Assembly (NCBI GenBank): GCA_964607485.1
Contig: CAZSKP010000014.1
Coordinates: 36,085 to 100,084, forward strand
Origin: an uncultured bacterium
GTDB taxonomy: Bacteria > Abyssobacteria > SURF-5
Reading direction: 5' to 3'
Length of the DNA: 64,000 nucleotides
Shown: piece after piece, positions 27,501 to 36,041 of the stretch
How positions within the stretch are numbered: position 1 is the stretch's first letter
Layout: every line of letters begins with the position of its first letter
Notes under the pieces: generated by a model
What the model was told of the DNA's origin: nothing
The model's input: the letters and a program-made list of their open reading frames with translations, nothing else
Database searches by the model: none
Translations under genes and position numbers: made by a program

Positions 27501-29838
27501 CGTGGAGCGCGACCATCGCGACAGCCTCTCCCGTCTCGTCACGCAAAACCTCCTGCAGGATGATAGGCTGCGACTCGAGGAAGAGCAGCCTCACAGCGTC
27601 CTCGGTCAATTCGCGGTCGGATACGCGGATCGTGCCCGTGCCCCCCATGGAGCCTGCGTACATGCGGGCTCGACGTTTCGTGGCGTGCGCCTGCGTTTTC
27701 TGTTCATACTTCCGGGCAAGACGCGGGATGTGACGCTTTGAAAAGTCGGTCTGTTGAGCGATGTCAAGCTTTGCCCAGTGACGGCTTGCCGCGGGCATAC
27801 CCGGCGTGAATGTGTCAGCCCTCTCTCCGAGCTCTCGCTTAAGAGAATGGCCGGCGATGAGGCGCAGCGCTTCCTCGACATCCGCCACAGCCTCGTCGAG
27901 GAAAAAGGCGATGCTCACCTGGGTGCCGGCATCGTTCTGGCTGACATAGACCTGGTTAGGGTCGAACATAATTCTGGAACTTCCGAAATTGAGATTCGAG
28001 GTCAACTGCACCCACCATTCGGGCAGGCTGAGCACTTCAAGTTCCTGCGCTTTCGCCTTGAAGAGCGAGATTATCCTCTCTCGCGAGAGCCTCGAATCGA
28101 CCACCGCGTTCAAGCGGAGAAGCTTGCCGCGCGGAATATTCGTCTTGAATTCGTTAGTGGCGAGCAGCTTTGTATCATCACCGGCCAGCCCCAGCATCCT
28201 CGCCACACCGGCGAAGCGCTTCGGATTCTTCTTATGGATGACCTGGTACACTCCGGCTACTCTGTATGTTGGCTGGACAACTGCCGGTTCGTCATGCTTC
28301 TCGACAATATCGGCTCCCAGCACAAAGATCTTCCCCATCTCGGAAAGGGCGGATATCCCGAGCGCATACGCAACTTCTTCGGCAGGCATGATGCCGAACG
28401 CGCTTCTTCCTTCAGGGTATTTCTCATTTAAGAGGGAGTGGACGGTCGCATCGTCACTTGTCTGTGTCCGAGCGACAACAAGTTGTGCCCCTTCTTTACG
28501 AATACGCTCCAGTAACTGCGGCTCAATCTTACGAGCGTGATCTTCGCTGATGAGGATATAGTCGATGCCCAAAGCCTTCCAGGGAAGGGACTCAAGAACG
28601 GCCGGCGCTTCGGTCAGGCTCCCGTGATACACACTGATGGCAGATTTCTGTTTGCCGATAGAAAGGAAGCCTTTCTCATCACCCTCGACCTCTTCATAGA
28701 TTCCAAGCTGCGAGTTGTACTTCAGCCACTGCATAATGTCTTTGGCTTTCTGCCCGACAAAGACCACTGCCTCCAGCTCATTGACATACGCGCTGCCGAT
28801 CCTGCGCAGAGCGGCGATAATGTTCTGGTTGTATCCGACAACCGCAATCCGGCGCGGTGCGTTTCCGGGTGAGAGATGCGCCAAGATACGGGAACGAATG
28901 GCCGCAAGATGTCCGGCCTCGAGCTCGAGGAAGGGCGATTCCGAAAGTCTGAACACATCGTAGAATTCATTCATCCCCGGAACAAACTTCGCTAACTCAT
29001 CCAGCGAGCGCTTCCTCTTTTCGGGATCCCTCTGAAAACGATCCAACTGAGCGAGAAGCCTGTCGATTTCGCGAACTTCCGTTACCGGCGCTATCCTCAT
29101 CCCTCGTTGCTCAATCAGTGCACGAACCGCGTCAAGCGAGGGATGGCCCACCTCCTCCATAACGTATGCTTCCTCGGAAAGTTCGGGGGTTTGCTTCTCG
29201 ACTCTTCTCGCCATCGCGGCGAGTGCACCCGACCGAGCCTGCATGTTAAACATGAACGAAGCTGCTTCCGACAGAATTCCTTCAGGCACGTGTCGATGAA
29301 CACTGGGACGATTGAAGTCGTCACAGAACTCGGCGAAAAGATGGTAAACGCCGTCTTCGCCGTCAAATATGTTCGTCCCGTATGCCGCCTTGAACTCCTC
29401 TGCAAGAGCTTCCTCCCCGATTCCTTCCCTCGCCATGAACTCCCGGAGCCCGGAGTGGAGAAGGGGAAAGAGTTGGAGGCGTCGCGCCATCCACTCGACA
29501 CCTTCGTGAACGAGCGTCCGGTTCAATACGCGGCGGCGACGATGCTGAAAGCTTTCGTTCGAGTTTTGAGCGGTTATCTCTGAGCGACAGATCCATTCGA
29601 GGAAGGAGTACGTGTCGAGGACATCGGAATAGATGATTCCCTGATTGTCGGCGAGTGTCGCTATAGGGAATTGTTCGAGGGCTGGTGCGAGATCTATGTC
29701 TTGAAGCGCCGGGTCGGCGCGCGCAGCTGTCTCCACAAGTCGATGAATGTAAGTTGAAGAGGGCCGGTGCAAAATTATCGGTATCTGAGAGAAGCCTTCG
29801 GGACGGGCGAGAAGCTCGGGTGGGCTTGGCAAAAGCAT
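24550..29838 (-). CDS. Giant fusion (~1762 aa): unknown N-domain + degenerate GAPDH-like domain + linker + divergent GAPDH + phosphoglycerate kinase
   Basis: Pseudo-GAPDH (~27850-28860): RIAVVG, LKYNSQLG, LPWKALGID. GAPDH (~26020-27175): INAPGGRMG, IDATG, ITAPG, ASCTTGCL, WYENEW. PGK (24550-~25920): VRVDHNV, SHNGR, LENLRF, AFGASHR, GGDG, TGGGA. ATG 29838 follows GAGGAG. Confidence 0.88.
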   Translation of the reverse strand: MLLPSPPELLARPEGFSQIPIILHRPSSTYIHRLVETAARADPALQDIDLAPALEQFPIATLADNQGIIYSDVLDTYSFLEWICRSEITAQNSNESFQHRRRRVLNRTLVHEGVEWMARRLQLFPLLHSGLREFMAREGIGEEALAEEFKAAYGTNIFDGEDGVYHLFAEFCDDFNRPSVHRHVPEGILSEAASFMFNMQARSGALAAMARRVEKQTPELSEEAYVMEEVGHPSLDAVRALIEQRGMRIAPVTEVREIDRLLAQLDRFQRDPEKRKRSLDELAKFVPGMNEFYDVFRLSESPFLELEAGHLAAIRSRILAHLSPGNAPRRIAVVGYNQNIIAALRRIGSAYVNELEAVVFVGQKAKDIMQWLKYNSQLGIYEEVEGDEKGFLSIGKQKSAISVYHGSLTEAPAVLESLPWKALGIDYILISEDHARKIEPQLLERIRKEGAQLVVARTQTSDDATVHSLLNEKYPEGRSAFGIMPAEEVAYALGISALSEMGKIFVLGADIVEKHDEPAVVQPTYRVAGVYQVIHKKNPKRFAGVARMLGLAGDDTKLLATNEFKTNIPRGKLLRLNAVVDSRLSRERIISLFKAKAQELEVLSLPEWWVQLTSNLNFGSSRIMFDPNQVYVSQNDAGTQVSIAFFLDEAVADVEEALRLIAGHSLKRELGERADTFTPGMPAASRHWAKLDIAQQTDFSKRHIPRLARKYEQKTQAHATKRRARMYAGSMGGTGTIRVSDRELTEDAVRLLFLESQPIILQEVLRDETGEAVAMVALHENRHKLYATSLLTAASLENVHHVMGRYYDALRKYALRLSREYDWEILIHDVYEYGDKLRATIRVHHLDYNEKTELFDRVTFLSIDQYDGQRQRWQTISRPNSILYPSLPGVYNITINAPGGRMGSCTFRIASKSDTLRVIAVGGPDAKRLAELMNEKDYVQGRYPGTVQYGRDWIELDGKRSLVFSHPVFRDPANYPWKCFILAGMPVHVAIDATGRFNNLDGVNRHRRAGALRAMITAPGSSKEDEWRDATFIRHINDHKYDPAKHYFLSPASCTTGCLANLNRLVEVAMHRGAEEGRFDWNGFYEVAGAMVLEGIGPTYHALTGEHVGPDIIDPIEYKKDIRRGTDATGNIFETTSGASASTALVDAAGTSHTPVYSIRFPIETVSIMAPTYVLRGHYTIDDIEAAAKVLEDACREGDHQRFQFLRDKEIDRSTQIRLLRELAEAGVTLCKRNVEVVHFVAPSGEPMTVIQLIGWYENEWRPSKMYVEFLEEVMLPAEKAYQKDFTQFPYVPDVPPKSESPYSKKSSLLDLPDEAFDGMYWMVRVDHNVVEPLYDPATNTIRPSIIDDHRIFASADDIAHLIKRNARVIVMSHNGRKRDFQFLQTEDGQVIDLFSLRIAGQRFAEILRDRNVLVPERDFFMAPGVVDAQTASLARGLGPGQVLYLENLRFHEGEESGNRHFAKAIFDTLFGHLDPDSQRRVNYVNSAFGASHRGLHASFLPLMNLVHGHKVLGLLTGSELETLDGILREASRPVVAFVSGVKISEKIPAVEAMIRHGAIQTFVTASPAFLVASGLSAGNSLSGADVLEVEREVAAAHRLIELAAEFDVKVVIPKDVHVAFELPDKFRPLLRVSSRVLDAESIPFGSYLFDIAAASDGAATRTAGEIQAILAEAGTIIYNGTVGLYEVEQFAEGTNWIVDAIAQCPAKAKLVVGGDGVAAVNRRMGGIEAAKEKFTLCTGGGAALKYLATRTLSALDGLDER

Positions 29839-29945
29839 AATCGCGCTCCTCAGATGTAACACGCCTATACTTTTGGCAGCACAATACTTATGCAATCCGC
29901 GTCACAACCTGAAAGGTGGGAGCGAACAGAATTCAGCCTACGGTA

Positions 29946-29974
29946 ATTTTACCCTCATTTCCGAGAATAGTCAA
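29946..29974 (-). promoter_or_regulatory. Putative sigma-70 promoter for the GAPDH-PGK fusion / dikinase operon
   Basis: TTGACT-17 nt-TAAAAT on the minus strand about 110 nt upstream of the start codon. Confidence 0.55.
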
Positions 29975-30124
29975 CGGCGGGCCGGCGACAGGCTTATGGT
30001 GTGGAGGGTACTTGACTTGTGAAGGGACTCCTCTCATTGTGGCACTGTTTTTCAGGAGGCAAGTCACCCCACTGAGGAGGGTAAACGTTGCACCTGTTGC
30101 TGGATTAGACTGAGCTCGTCACGA

Positions 30125-31504
30125 TTAGTAGAGCCCGTCGTTTCTCATGTCAACCAACGATGACTTCAGTGCGCCAATTATTGCATCGACATCGTCGGGC
30201 GTGTGCGCCGTTGACAGGAAGACGACGTGCATGTCAGGCATGAAAACGCCATGCCGCCGCATGTAGTAGGGGAGCAACTTCTCTGCTATCTCGTTGGCGT
30301 TCTGCTCCATCTGGCGCAAGTCTTGCGGGTCGTCTTCGAGGAATCTTGCGATCACCGCACTCTCCAATCCCATCAAGCAGAACGGCATGTTGTTCTCTCG
30401 GGCGTATTCGTTGACCTCTTTGGTAAGTCGTTCTCCCTGCTCTTTCAAATAGGGATATACGGCATCCTGATTCTCTTTGAGGTAACTCAGCAACGCGCTG
30501 CCCGCCGCGCATGAGACCATGTTTCCGGAATTGGTCCCGACGGCGTGGATCTTCGTGTTGAGGTCCTCCAGCGGGTTGCCCGTCGTAACGGCCACTTCCA
30601 TGATGTCGCGCCTGCCGACGACAGCGCCAAGCGGCAGCCCTCCGCCGACAATCTTGCCGAATGTCGCCAAATCGGGCTTTATGTCCCATCGATCCTGCGC
30701 GCCCCCGTAACACGCCCGGAATCCCGTCACCACTTCATCAAAGATCAGTATCACGTCCTGTTCCTTCGTGACTTCTCGCAGCTTTTTCAGGAAGTCGATG
30801 TTCAGCTTCGGCCAGCCGGGCCCCATGGGCTCCACGATAACGCAGGCAAGGTCTTTCGCATTCTCGCGTATGATATCGAAGGCGGCCTCATGGTCGCGCG
30901 GAAGCACAATCGTCGTTTCCAGGATATGACGGCATATGCCCGGCGTATCGAGGACACCCTCCGGTCTCTCTATCGGACCGCGGCGTTCGGTTCCTATGTT
31001 GGAGCTTACGCTGACATCCGGGTGGGTGCCATGATATCCGGCTTCAAATTTTGCGATTTTCTCTTTCCCCGAAAACGCGCGGGCTATCTTGATTGCCTGC
31101 ATCGTCGACTCAGTGCCGGAATTTGTAAACAGAGACCTCTCGGCGCATGCAACCGCGTCAATTATCAACTTTCCAAGCCTATGCTCCAACTCATGCCCGA
31201 CAACCACGCTGGTGCCCCGCGTAACCGCTTCCTGCACCGCTCTTACGACGACCTCCGGCGAATGGCCCAGGATGTGCGGCCCGTAGCTCATCGCGATGTC
31301 GATAAACTCGTTTCCGTCAAGGTCGATGAATCGACAGCCCTTCGCCTGCTTGATGATCATCGGGATGAAAGGAGAATTGCGCGGTCCCTCGGTGAAGAAC
31401 GAGATTGTCCCGTCCTCTTGCCTCTGTGTGTGGGCCTCCATGCATTTCTTCTGCTTGACCATCAACTCCTGGATGATGGGAAGCTCCAGTACTTCTTTCA
31501 TCAT
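30125..31504 (-). CDS. Class III PLP aminotransferase, glutamate-1-semialdehyde aminomutase-like paralog
   Basis: DLDGNEFID, GPHILGH, NSGTE, LIFDEVVTGFR, PDLATFGKIVGGGLP. Confidence 0.88.
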   Translation of the reverse strand: MMKEVLELPIIQELMVKQKKCMEAHTQRQEDGTISFFTEGPRNSPFIPMIIKQAKGCRFIDLDGNEFIDIAMSYGPHILGHSPEVVVRAVQEAVTRGTSVVVGHELEHRLGKLIIDAVACAERSLFTNSGTESTMQAIKIARAFSGKEKIAKFEAGYHGTHPDVSVSSNIGTERRGPIERPEGVLDTPGICRHILETTIVLPRDHEAAFDIIRENAKDLACVIVEPMGPGWPKLNIDFLKKLREVTKEQDVILIFDEVVTGFRACYGGAQDRWDIKPDLATFGKIVGGGLPLGAVVGRRDIMEVAVTTGNPLEDLNTKIHAVGTNSGNMVSCAAGSALLSYLKENQDAVYPYLKEQGERLTKEVNEYARENNMPFCLMGLESAVIARFLEDDPQDLRQMEQNANEIAEKLLPYYMRRHGVFMPDMHVVFLSTAHTPDDVDAIIGALKSSLVDMRNDGLY

Positions 31505-31518
31505 GGCAGTATCCTCCC

Positions 31519-32124
31519 CTAATCCTTTGTTTTCTCGTCCAGGTAGAGCCGGACGAAGTTCTTCGTCAGCCTATGCATTCTTTCAAGGGATATATTCTTG
31601 TCATCAATGTGTTTCTGCAAGGATACCCCGTCCTGAATTGCCACGAGCATACTTGCGAGGTCGTGTGCCTCCTTGGATGACAGCCCCGCCGTCTTGCCGG
31701 TTTCCGTAAGCAGTCGAAGTACTGCGGCTCGATATCGACGGAACAATCTGGTCATGCTTTTTTGGACCCTTGGATTGCGTTGGGCTTCGACGATACAACT
31801 ATAGTAGAAGCCGGGAGGTTCAGTGTTATTCATTTCAGGGCTGAACAAAAATTCGAGACCTTTTTCGAAACGCTTTTCCGGGTCCTCGTATTCACCCATC
31901 TGGGCGGAGTAAGAGTGCATGAGGTCATCTACGAGTTTTTCGACCAATTCCTCAATCATATCGTCTCTGTCTTTGAAATAATGATAGAGAATGCTGGGTT
32001 GAACCCCCGCCTCCTTTGCTATCGTCTTGATGGGGCTATTCTGCAGGCCGTGTTTTGAGATGCACCGACGCAGCGCGTCCAAAATCTGGGCTCTTCGCTC
32101 ATCCGCCAGGCTCTTCCTGCCCAT
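31519..32124 (-). CDS. TetR/AcrR-family regulator (BetI-like C-terminus)
   Basis: RRAQILDA...IAKEAGVQPSILYHYFKDRD HTH. Confidence 0.92.
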   Translation of the reverse strand: MGRKSLADERRAQILDALRRCISKHGLQNSPIKTIAKEAGVQPSILYHYFKDRDDMIEELVEKLVDDLMHSYSAQMGEYEDPEKRFEKGLEFLFSPEMNNTEPPGFYYSCIVEAQRNPRVQKSMTRLFRRYRAAVLRLLTETGKTAGLSSKEAHDLASMLVAIQDGVSLQKHIDDKNISLERMHRLTKNFVRLYLDEKTKD

Positions 32125-32145
32125 GCCGTCTCCTCGAATATTATA

Positions 32146-32194
32146 TAGATTGAATATTCAATCTAATTATACCGCGAGCCTCTGCATTTGTCAA
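32146..32194 (-). promoter_or_regulatory. Consensus sigma-70 promoter with a perfect 20-bp palindromic operator for tetR
   Basis: TTGACA-17 nt-TATAAT (32194 to 32166) directly followed by TAGATTGAAT|ATTCAATCTA (32146-32165). Confidence 0.8.
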
Positions 32195-32312
32195 CAGTGT
32201 GCTTACGGGAGACTTCCGGGATCGGGAGAGTCCCAGGGTGAATATCGGAAAGGAGCGGGATGTTCGCAATTCCGGAGCAGAGACCTTGAATATTCCGCAT
32301 GGCTGTCACTGA

Positions 32313-33416
32313 TCAGAGGTGGTTACCCGAGGCCGAAAAGTAGCGATGGAATTTCGGGGGAAGCGATTGAGGATTCGGTGCATTCTCAAGAAAAGGTTTC
32401 AGGTCCACGGAATTCAAGGTGTGCCAGAACAGGATTGTCTTCTCCGCGTTTTGGTTCTTTGCGACAAAACTCATGAGAGCCGCCATCGTCTTGCCCGTAT
32501 AGGTCACGTCCAGGGGTAATCCCTCGTGTTCACGCGTTGTTTCGATGGCTGCTCTCCCTTCCACGGTGGGACCGGCGTACTCCTCTCCAAAGAAATCGTG
32601 GATGAGCATGATATCTTCTGCTCGGTACCGTGGGCAGCGTATCGGACAATTGCAACGCTTGAGGAAGCGAACGGCGCGATTGATTTCCCAGGCAATGATG
32701 CGTTCATTGGAAAATATCCGGTCGAGCACTCGAACGCCGATGACCTTGCTCTCAAGGCCAGCCAGACGCAGACCGAGCTGAAGCCCGGCCATTGTCCCGC
32801 CGGTGCCGACCGTTATGAAAATGATGTCCGGCGCCGGCAGCAATCCTTCCTCTATTTGGTCTCTCAGTTCGAAGGCCGCATTCACGTAGCCCAGACAGCT
32901 CAGGGCGGAGGAGCCGACCATGGGAACGAGGTAAGGCCGCTTGCCGGTGAAAGGATTCGTATGCTTGAGATACTGAAAGAGCAACTTCAAGACCAGGTCG
33001 GCTGAGGATTTCGCATAGTCCATCGTGGCTCCGAGCGCGGCGTCGATCAAGAGATTCCGGCGCACATAATCATGTATCGGTTGCTGTCTGAACACCGCCG
33101 AGATCTTGTCGAAGCCCAACTCGCGTCCATAGATGCACGAAGCCATGACCTGGTTTGAGCCGAGCGAACCCCAACAGATGAGGGCGCTCCGATTTTTCCT
33201 CTTCGCATCTGCAAGCACAAACTCCATCATGCGAACCTTGTTGCCACCGTAAATGGCGCTGCTTTCGTCGTCCCTCTTAATCCACAAGCCAGGACACTGA
33301 AGATGTCGGCCCAATTTCTCCAGCGGGTGAACTCTGGTAGGGTACTTGCCCATCGGGGTCCACGGAACCTCATCCTGAAGTACGGGATAGGCCCGAAACA
33401 GGGGTGGTTGATACAT
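32313..33416 (-). CDS. ACC deaminase / D-cysteine desulfhydrase family PLP enzyme
   Basis: LWIKRDD..YGGNKVR, GSN, GTGGT.AGL, LDVTYTGK. Confidence 0.88.
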   Translation of the reverse strand: MYQPPLFRAYPVLQDEVPWTPMGKYPTRVHPLEKLGRHLQCPGLWIKRDDESSAIYGGNKVRMMEFVLADAKRKNRSALICWGSLGSNQVMASCIYGRELGFDKISAVFRQQPIHDYVRRNLLIDAALGATMDYAKSSADLVLKLLFQYLKHTNPFTGKRPYLVPMVGSSALSCLGYVNAAFELRDQIEEGLLPAPDIIFITVGTGGTMAGLQLGLRLAGLESKVIGVRVLDRIFSNERIIAWEINRAVRFLKRCNCPIRCPRYRAEDIMLIHDFFGEEYAGPTVEGRAAIETTREHEGLPLDVTYTGKTMAALMSFVAKNQNAEKTILFWHTLNSVDLKPFLENAPNPQSLPPKFHRYFSASGNHL

Positions 33417-33532
33417 ATTCTACTCGCTCCTCTGGCAGGTCTCGCGAGAATTAGTATATCAGAATGCGGCGGGATTTTGGACCTAAAGGATTATTCTCTG
33501 CCGGCTGGTCCTGGCGGCAGTGCCACCGTGCT

Positions 33533-34234
33533 CTAGAGACGCCCATACTTCTCATACACATCCCTGAGCGAAGCTCCTTTCCGGAGTTCCTCTCGCGAGC
33601 GTTTTTCGGCGCCGACGACCTCCTCGGCTTTTTCGACAATAAGCTTCAGGTCCGCGGAATGCGGAATGACGACGATGCCGTCGCGGTCGGCAAACACGAT
33701 ATCATTCGGGTTCACTTCGACTCCGCCGCATACGATCTTCTCGTTGATTGCCACCAGCTTTGACCGACCGACCGAATCGGTGGGTATGCTCCCCTTTGCC
33801 CACACGGGAAAGTTGACCTCCAGCACACGTCGGATGTCGCGCATCGGTCCATCGACCACTGCGCCTCTTGCGCCCCCATAGTATTTTGTGGTCGTGGCCA
33901 TGAGCTCTCCGTAGGCGCCCGCGCCCCAAAAACCGTTTGTGCTGACAACGATGACCTGCCCCTTATCCAGACTCTGGCAGAACGCATCCAGCAGTCCTAC
34001 TACAAAAGAAGGGTCCATTTCGTCGAGCGTTATCTTTCGATCGTCCCTGTCCTCGGCCATGGTGAAAGCGGGGCCCGCTATGGCCGCATCGGGAATGATG
34101 GGGGCAAAGCCGACTTCCATCACTTGCGACCACATGCCGAGCTCGTCGAGGATGTCTGACACGGCGGCGGTGTAGAGCTTCTCCAGTCTGTCACAGAGCC
34201 GTAACACTTCATCCCTTGATAGGTCGTTTGCCAC
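33533..34234 (-). CDS. RraA / 4-hydroxy-4-methyl-2-oxoglutarate aldolase family protein
   Basis: TAAVSDILD, GAYGELM, GAVVDGPMRD, DIVFADRDGIVVIP; GTG start inferred after GGGAG. Confidence 0.85.
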   Translation of the reverse strand: MANDLSRDEVLRLCDRLEKLYTAAVSDILDELGMWSQVMEVGFAPIIPDAAIAGPAFTMAEDRDDRKITLDEMDPSFVVGLLDAFCQSLDKGQVIVVSTNGFWGAGAYGELMATTTKYYGGARGAVVDGPMRDIRRVLEVNFPVWAKGSIPTDSVGRSKLVAINEKIVCGGVEVNPNDIVFADRDGIVVIPHSADLKLIVEKAEEVVGAEKRSREELRKGASLRDVYEKYGRL

Positions 34235-34339
34235 TGTCTTTCTCCCGCGGTTATTGCAGTTGACCAAGCACGTCGCTTTCAATAGAATATCTGGCAAGCT
34301 GAGAGATATCTTATCAGATCGAGGAAAGAGGGGGCAAAG

Positions 34340-35956
34340 ATGTCGCTGAAGAAGAGAAGCAAGGTGCTGCTGGAGAATCAGGACAGGACCGCCACTGCAA
34401 TAGTCAGGCGGGAGTTGCTCAAGGCGATAGGCCTGACCGACGAGGAGATAAATCTGCCGTTTGTTGGGATCGCCAATTCCTGGACGGAGCTGACTCCGGG
34501 CCATATGCACCTGCGAGAGATTGGAGAAGCGGTGAAGGCCGGCGTGAGGCTGGCCGGAGGCACGCCGCTTGAATTCAACACTCCCGCTCCCTGCGACGGA
34601 TACGGAAATGGTTTAGAGGGGATGAAGTATGTGCTGCCGCAGCGAGACTTAACCGCTGATTTCATCGAGATGATGGTCCGCGCTCATCATCTGGACGCAG
34701 TTGTTTTCATTTCCTCATGCGACAAGATCGTTCCCGGCCAGCTCATGGCCGCCGCCAGGCTCGACATCCCATCTATTTTTGTCACCGGCGGACCGATGCT
34801 TCCCTTCGACATGTTCTTGCCGAAAGAGGCTCCGCGCATTCTCAGCCAGCTCTGCTGTCCCGGCGCGGGGGCCTGCTCCGGTATGGGGACCGCCAACACG
34901 ATGCAGTTTCTCACTGAGGCCCTCGGGATGAGCCTTCCCGGGTCGGCCGCAACTCATGCGGTCCATTCGGAGAAGACTCACGCGGCGAAAAGAAGCGGGA
35001 TGCAGATCCTGAAGCTGCTCGAAGGGGACATAACGCCCAAGAAGATCCTGACGAAGAACGCACTCGAGAACGCCATCATGGTTCAGCAGGCCACCGGCGG
35101 CTCGACTAACGCCGTGCTTCATCTTCTGGCGCTCGCAAACGAATTGAGAATTGATTTGGACATCGAGATGTACAATGAGTTGGGCAGGCAAATACCTCAC
35201 ATCTGCGGCGGCATGCCGTCGGGCCCTTATTTCATACTGGACATCTACAAGGCCGGCGGCGTCCCGGCCGTGATGCTTCGGCTCAGGGACAAGCTTCATA
35301 TCGACGCTTTGACAGTGACCGGACAGAACCTGGAAGCAAACCTGTCGCGAGCGCTGATACTCGATGAGGAAGTAATCAGGCCGCTCGACAGGCCATTTCA
35401 TGACGAAGGCGGAATTGCCATCCTGCATGGAAACCTCGCTCCCGAATCGGCCGTTGTCAAGCAAAGCGGTGTTCCGCAAGATATGCTGGTGCACAGGGGG
35501 CCGGCGCGAGTGTTCGACAGCGAAGCGGCAGCTATTGAGGCCGCCTTTGACAAGAAGTTTCAAGAAGGCGATGTTATCGTTATCCGCTACGAAGGTCCGA
35601 AGGGAGGACCCGGAATGCGAGAGATATTGACCGTGACTGAGCTCTTATTCCAGATGAATCTGGCGGACAGCGTGTCAATCGTAACTGACGCGCGCTTTTC
35701 CGGGTTCAGCCGCGGTCCGGCAGTGGGCCACGTGAGTCCGGAGGCCTTCGCAGGCGGGCCAATCGCGGTGGTTGAGGAGGGGGATATTATTGAAATCAAT
35801 ATCCCCGAAAGACGCCTTCAGGTCGAGTTGCCCGACGAGGAAATTCGCAGCCGGTTGGGACATTGGAAAAAGCCTGACAGAGAGACAGGGGGCTATCTTG
35901 ACCGGTACCGGGCCCTCGTTTCATCCGCTCACTTCGGGGCGATCCTGAAGACATGA
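34340..35956 (+). CDS. ilvD: IlvD/Edd-family [Fe-S] dehydratase (dihydroxy-acid or sugar-acid dehydratase)
   Basis: PGHMHL, CDG, SCDKIVPG, GACSGMGTANTM, GGSTNAVLHL, GPKGGPGM, TDARFSG, VGHVSPEA. Confidence 0.85.
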   Translation: MSLKKRSKVLLENQDRTATAIVRRELLKAIGLTDEEINLPFVGIANSWTELTPGHMHLREIGEAVKAGVRLAGGTPLEFNTPAPCDGYGNGLEGMKYVLPQRDLTADFIEMMVRAHHLDAVVFISSCDKIVPGQLMAAARLDIPSIFVTGGPMLPFDMFLPKEAPRILSQLCCPGAGACSGMGTANTMQFLTEALGMSLPGSAATHAVHSEKTHAAKRSGMQILKLLEGDITPKKILTKNALENAIMVQQATGGSTNAVLHLLALANELRIDLDIEMYNELGRQIPHICGGMPSGPYFILDIYKAGGVPAVMLRLRDKLHIDALTVTGQNLEANLSRALILDEEVIRPLDRPFHDEGGIAILHGNLAPESAVVKQSGVPQDMLVHRGPARVFDSEAAAIEAAFDKKFQEGDVIVIRYEGPKGGPGMREILTVTELLFQMNLADSVSIVTDARFSGFSRGPAVGHVSPEAFAGGPIAVVEEGDIIEINIPERRLQVELPDEEIRSRLGHWKKPDRETGGYLDRYRALVSSAHFGAILKT

Positions 35957-36041
35957 AAGACGGTGCCGTGAGAGATTCGTGCGGTTCGCAATTCTTGGTC
36001 CGAATATTCTTTTCCCCTTTTCTCCCTGAGACCTCGATCTC

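Noticed and set aside
30125-31504. Housekeeping hemL
   Set aside because: Divergent N-terminus, TetR-controlled context and no tetrapyrrole genes nearby; symbol withheld
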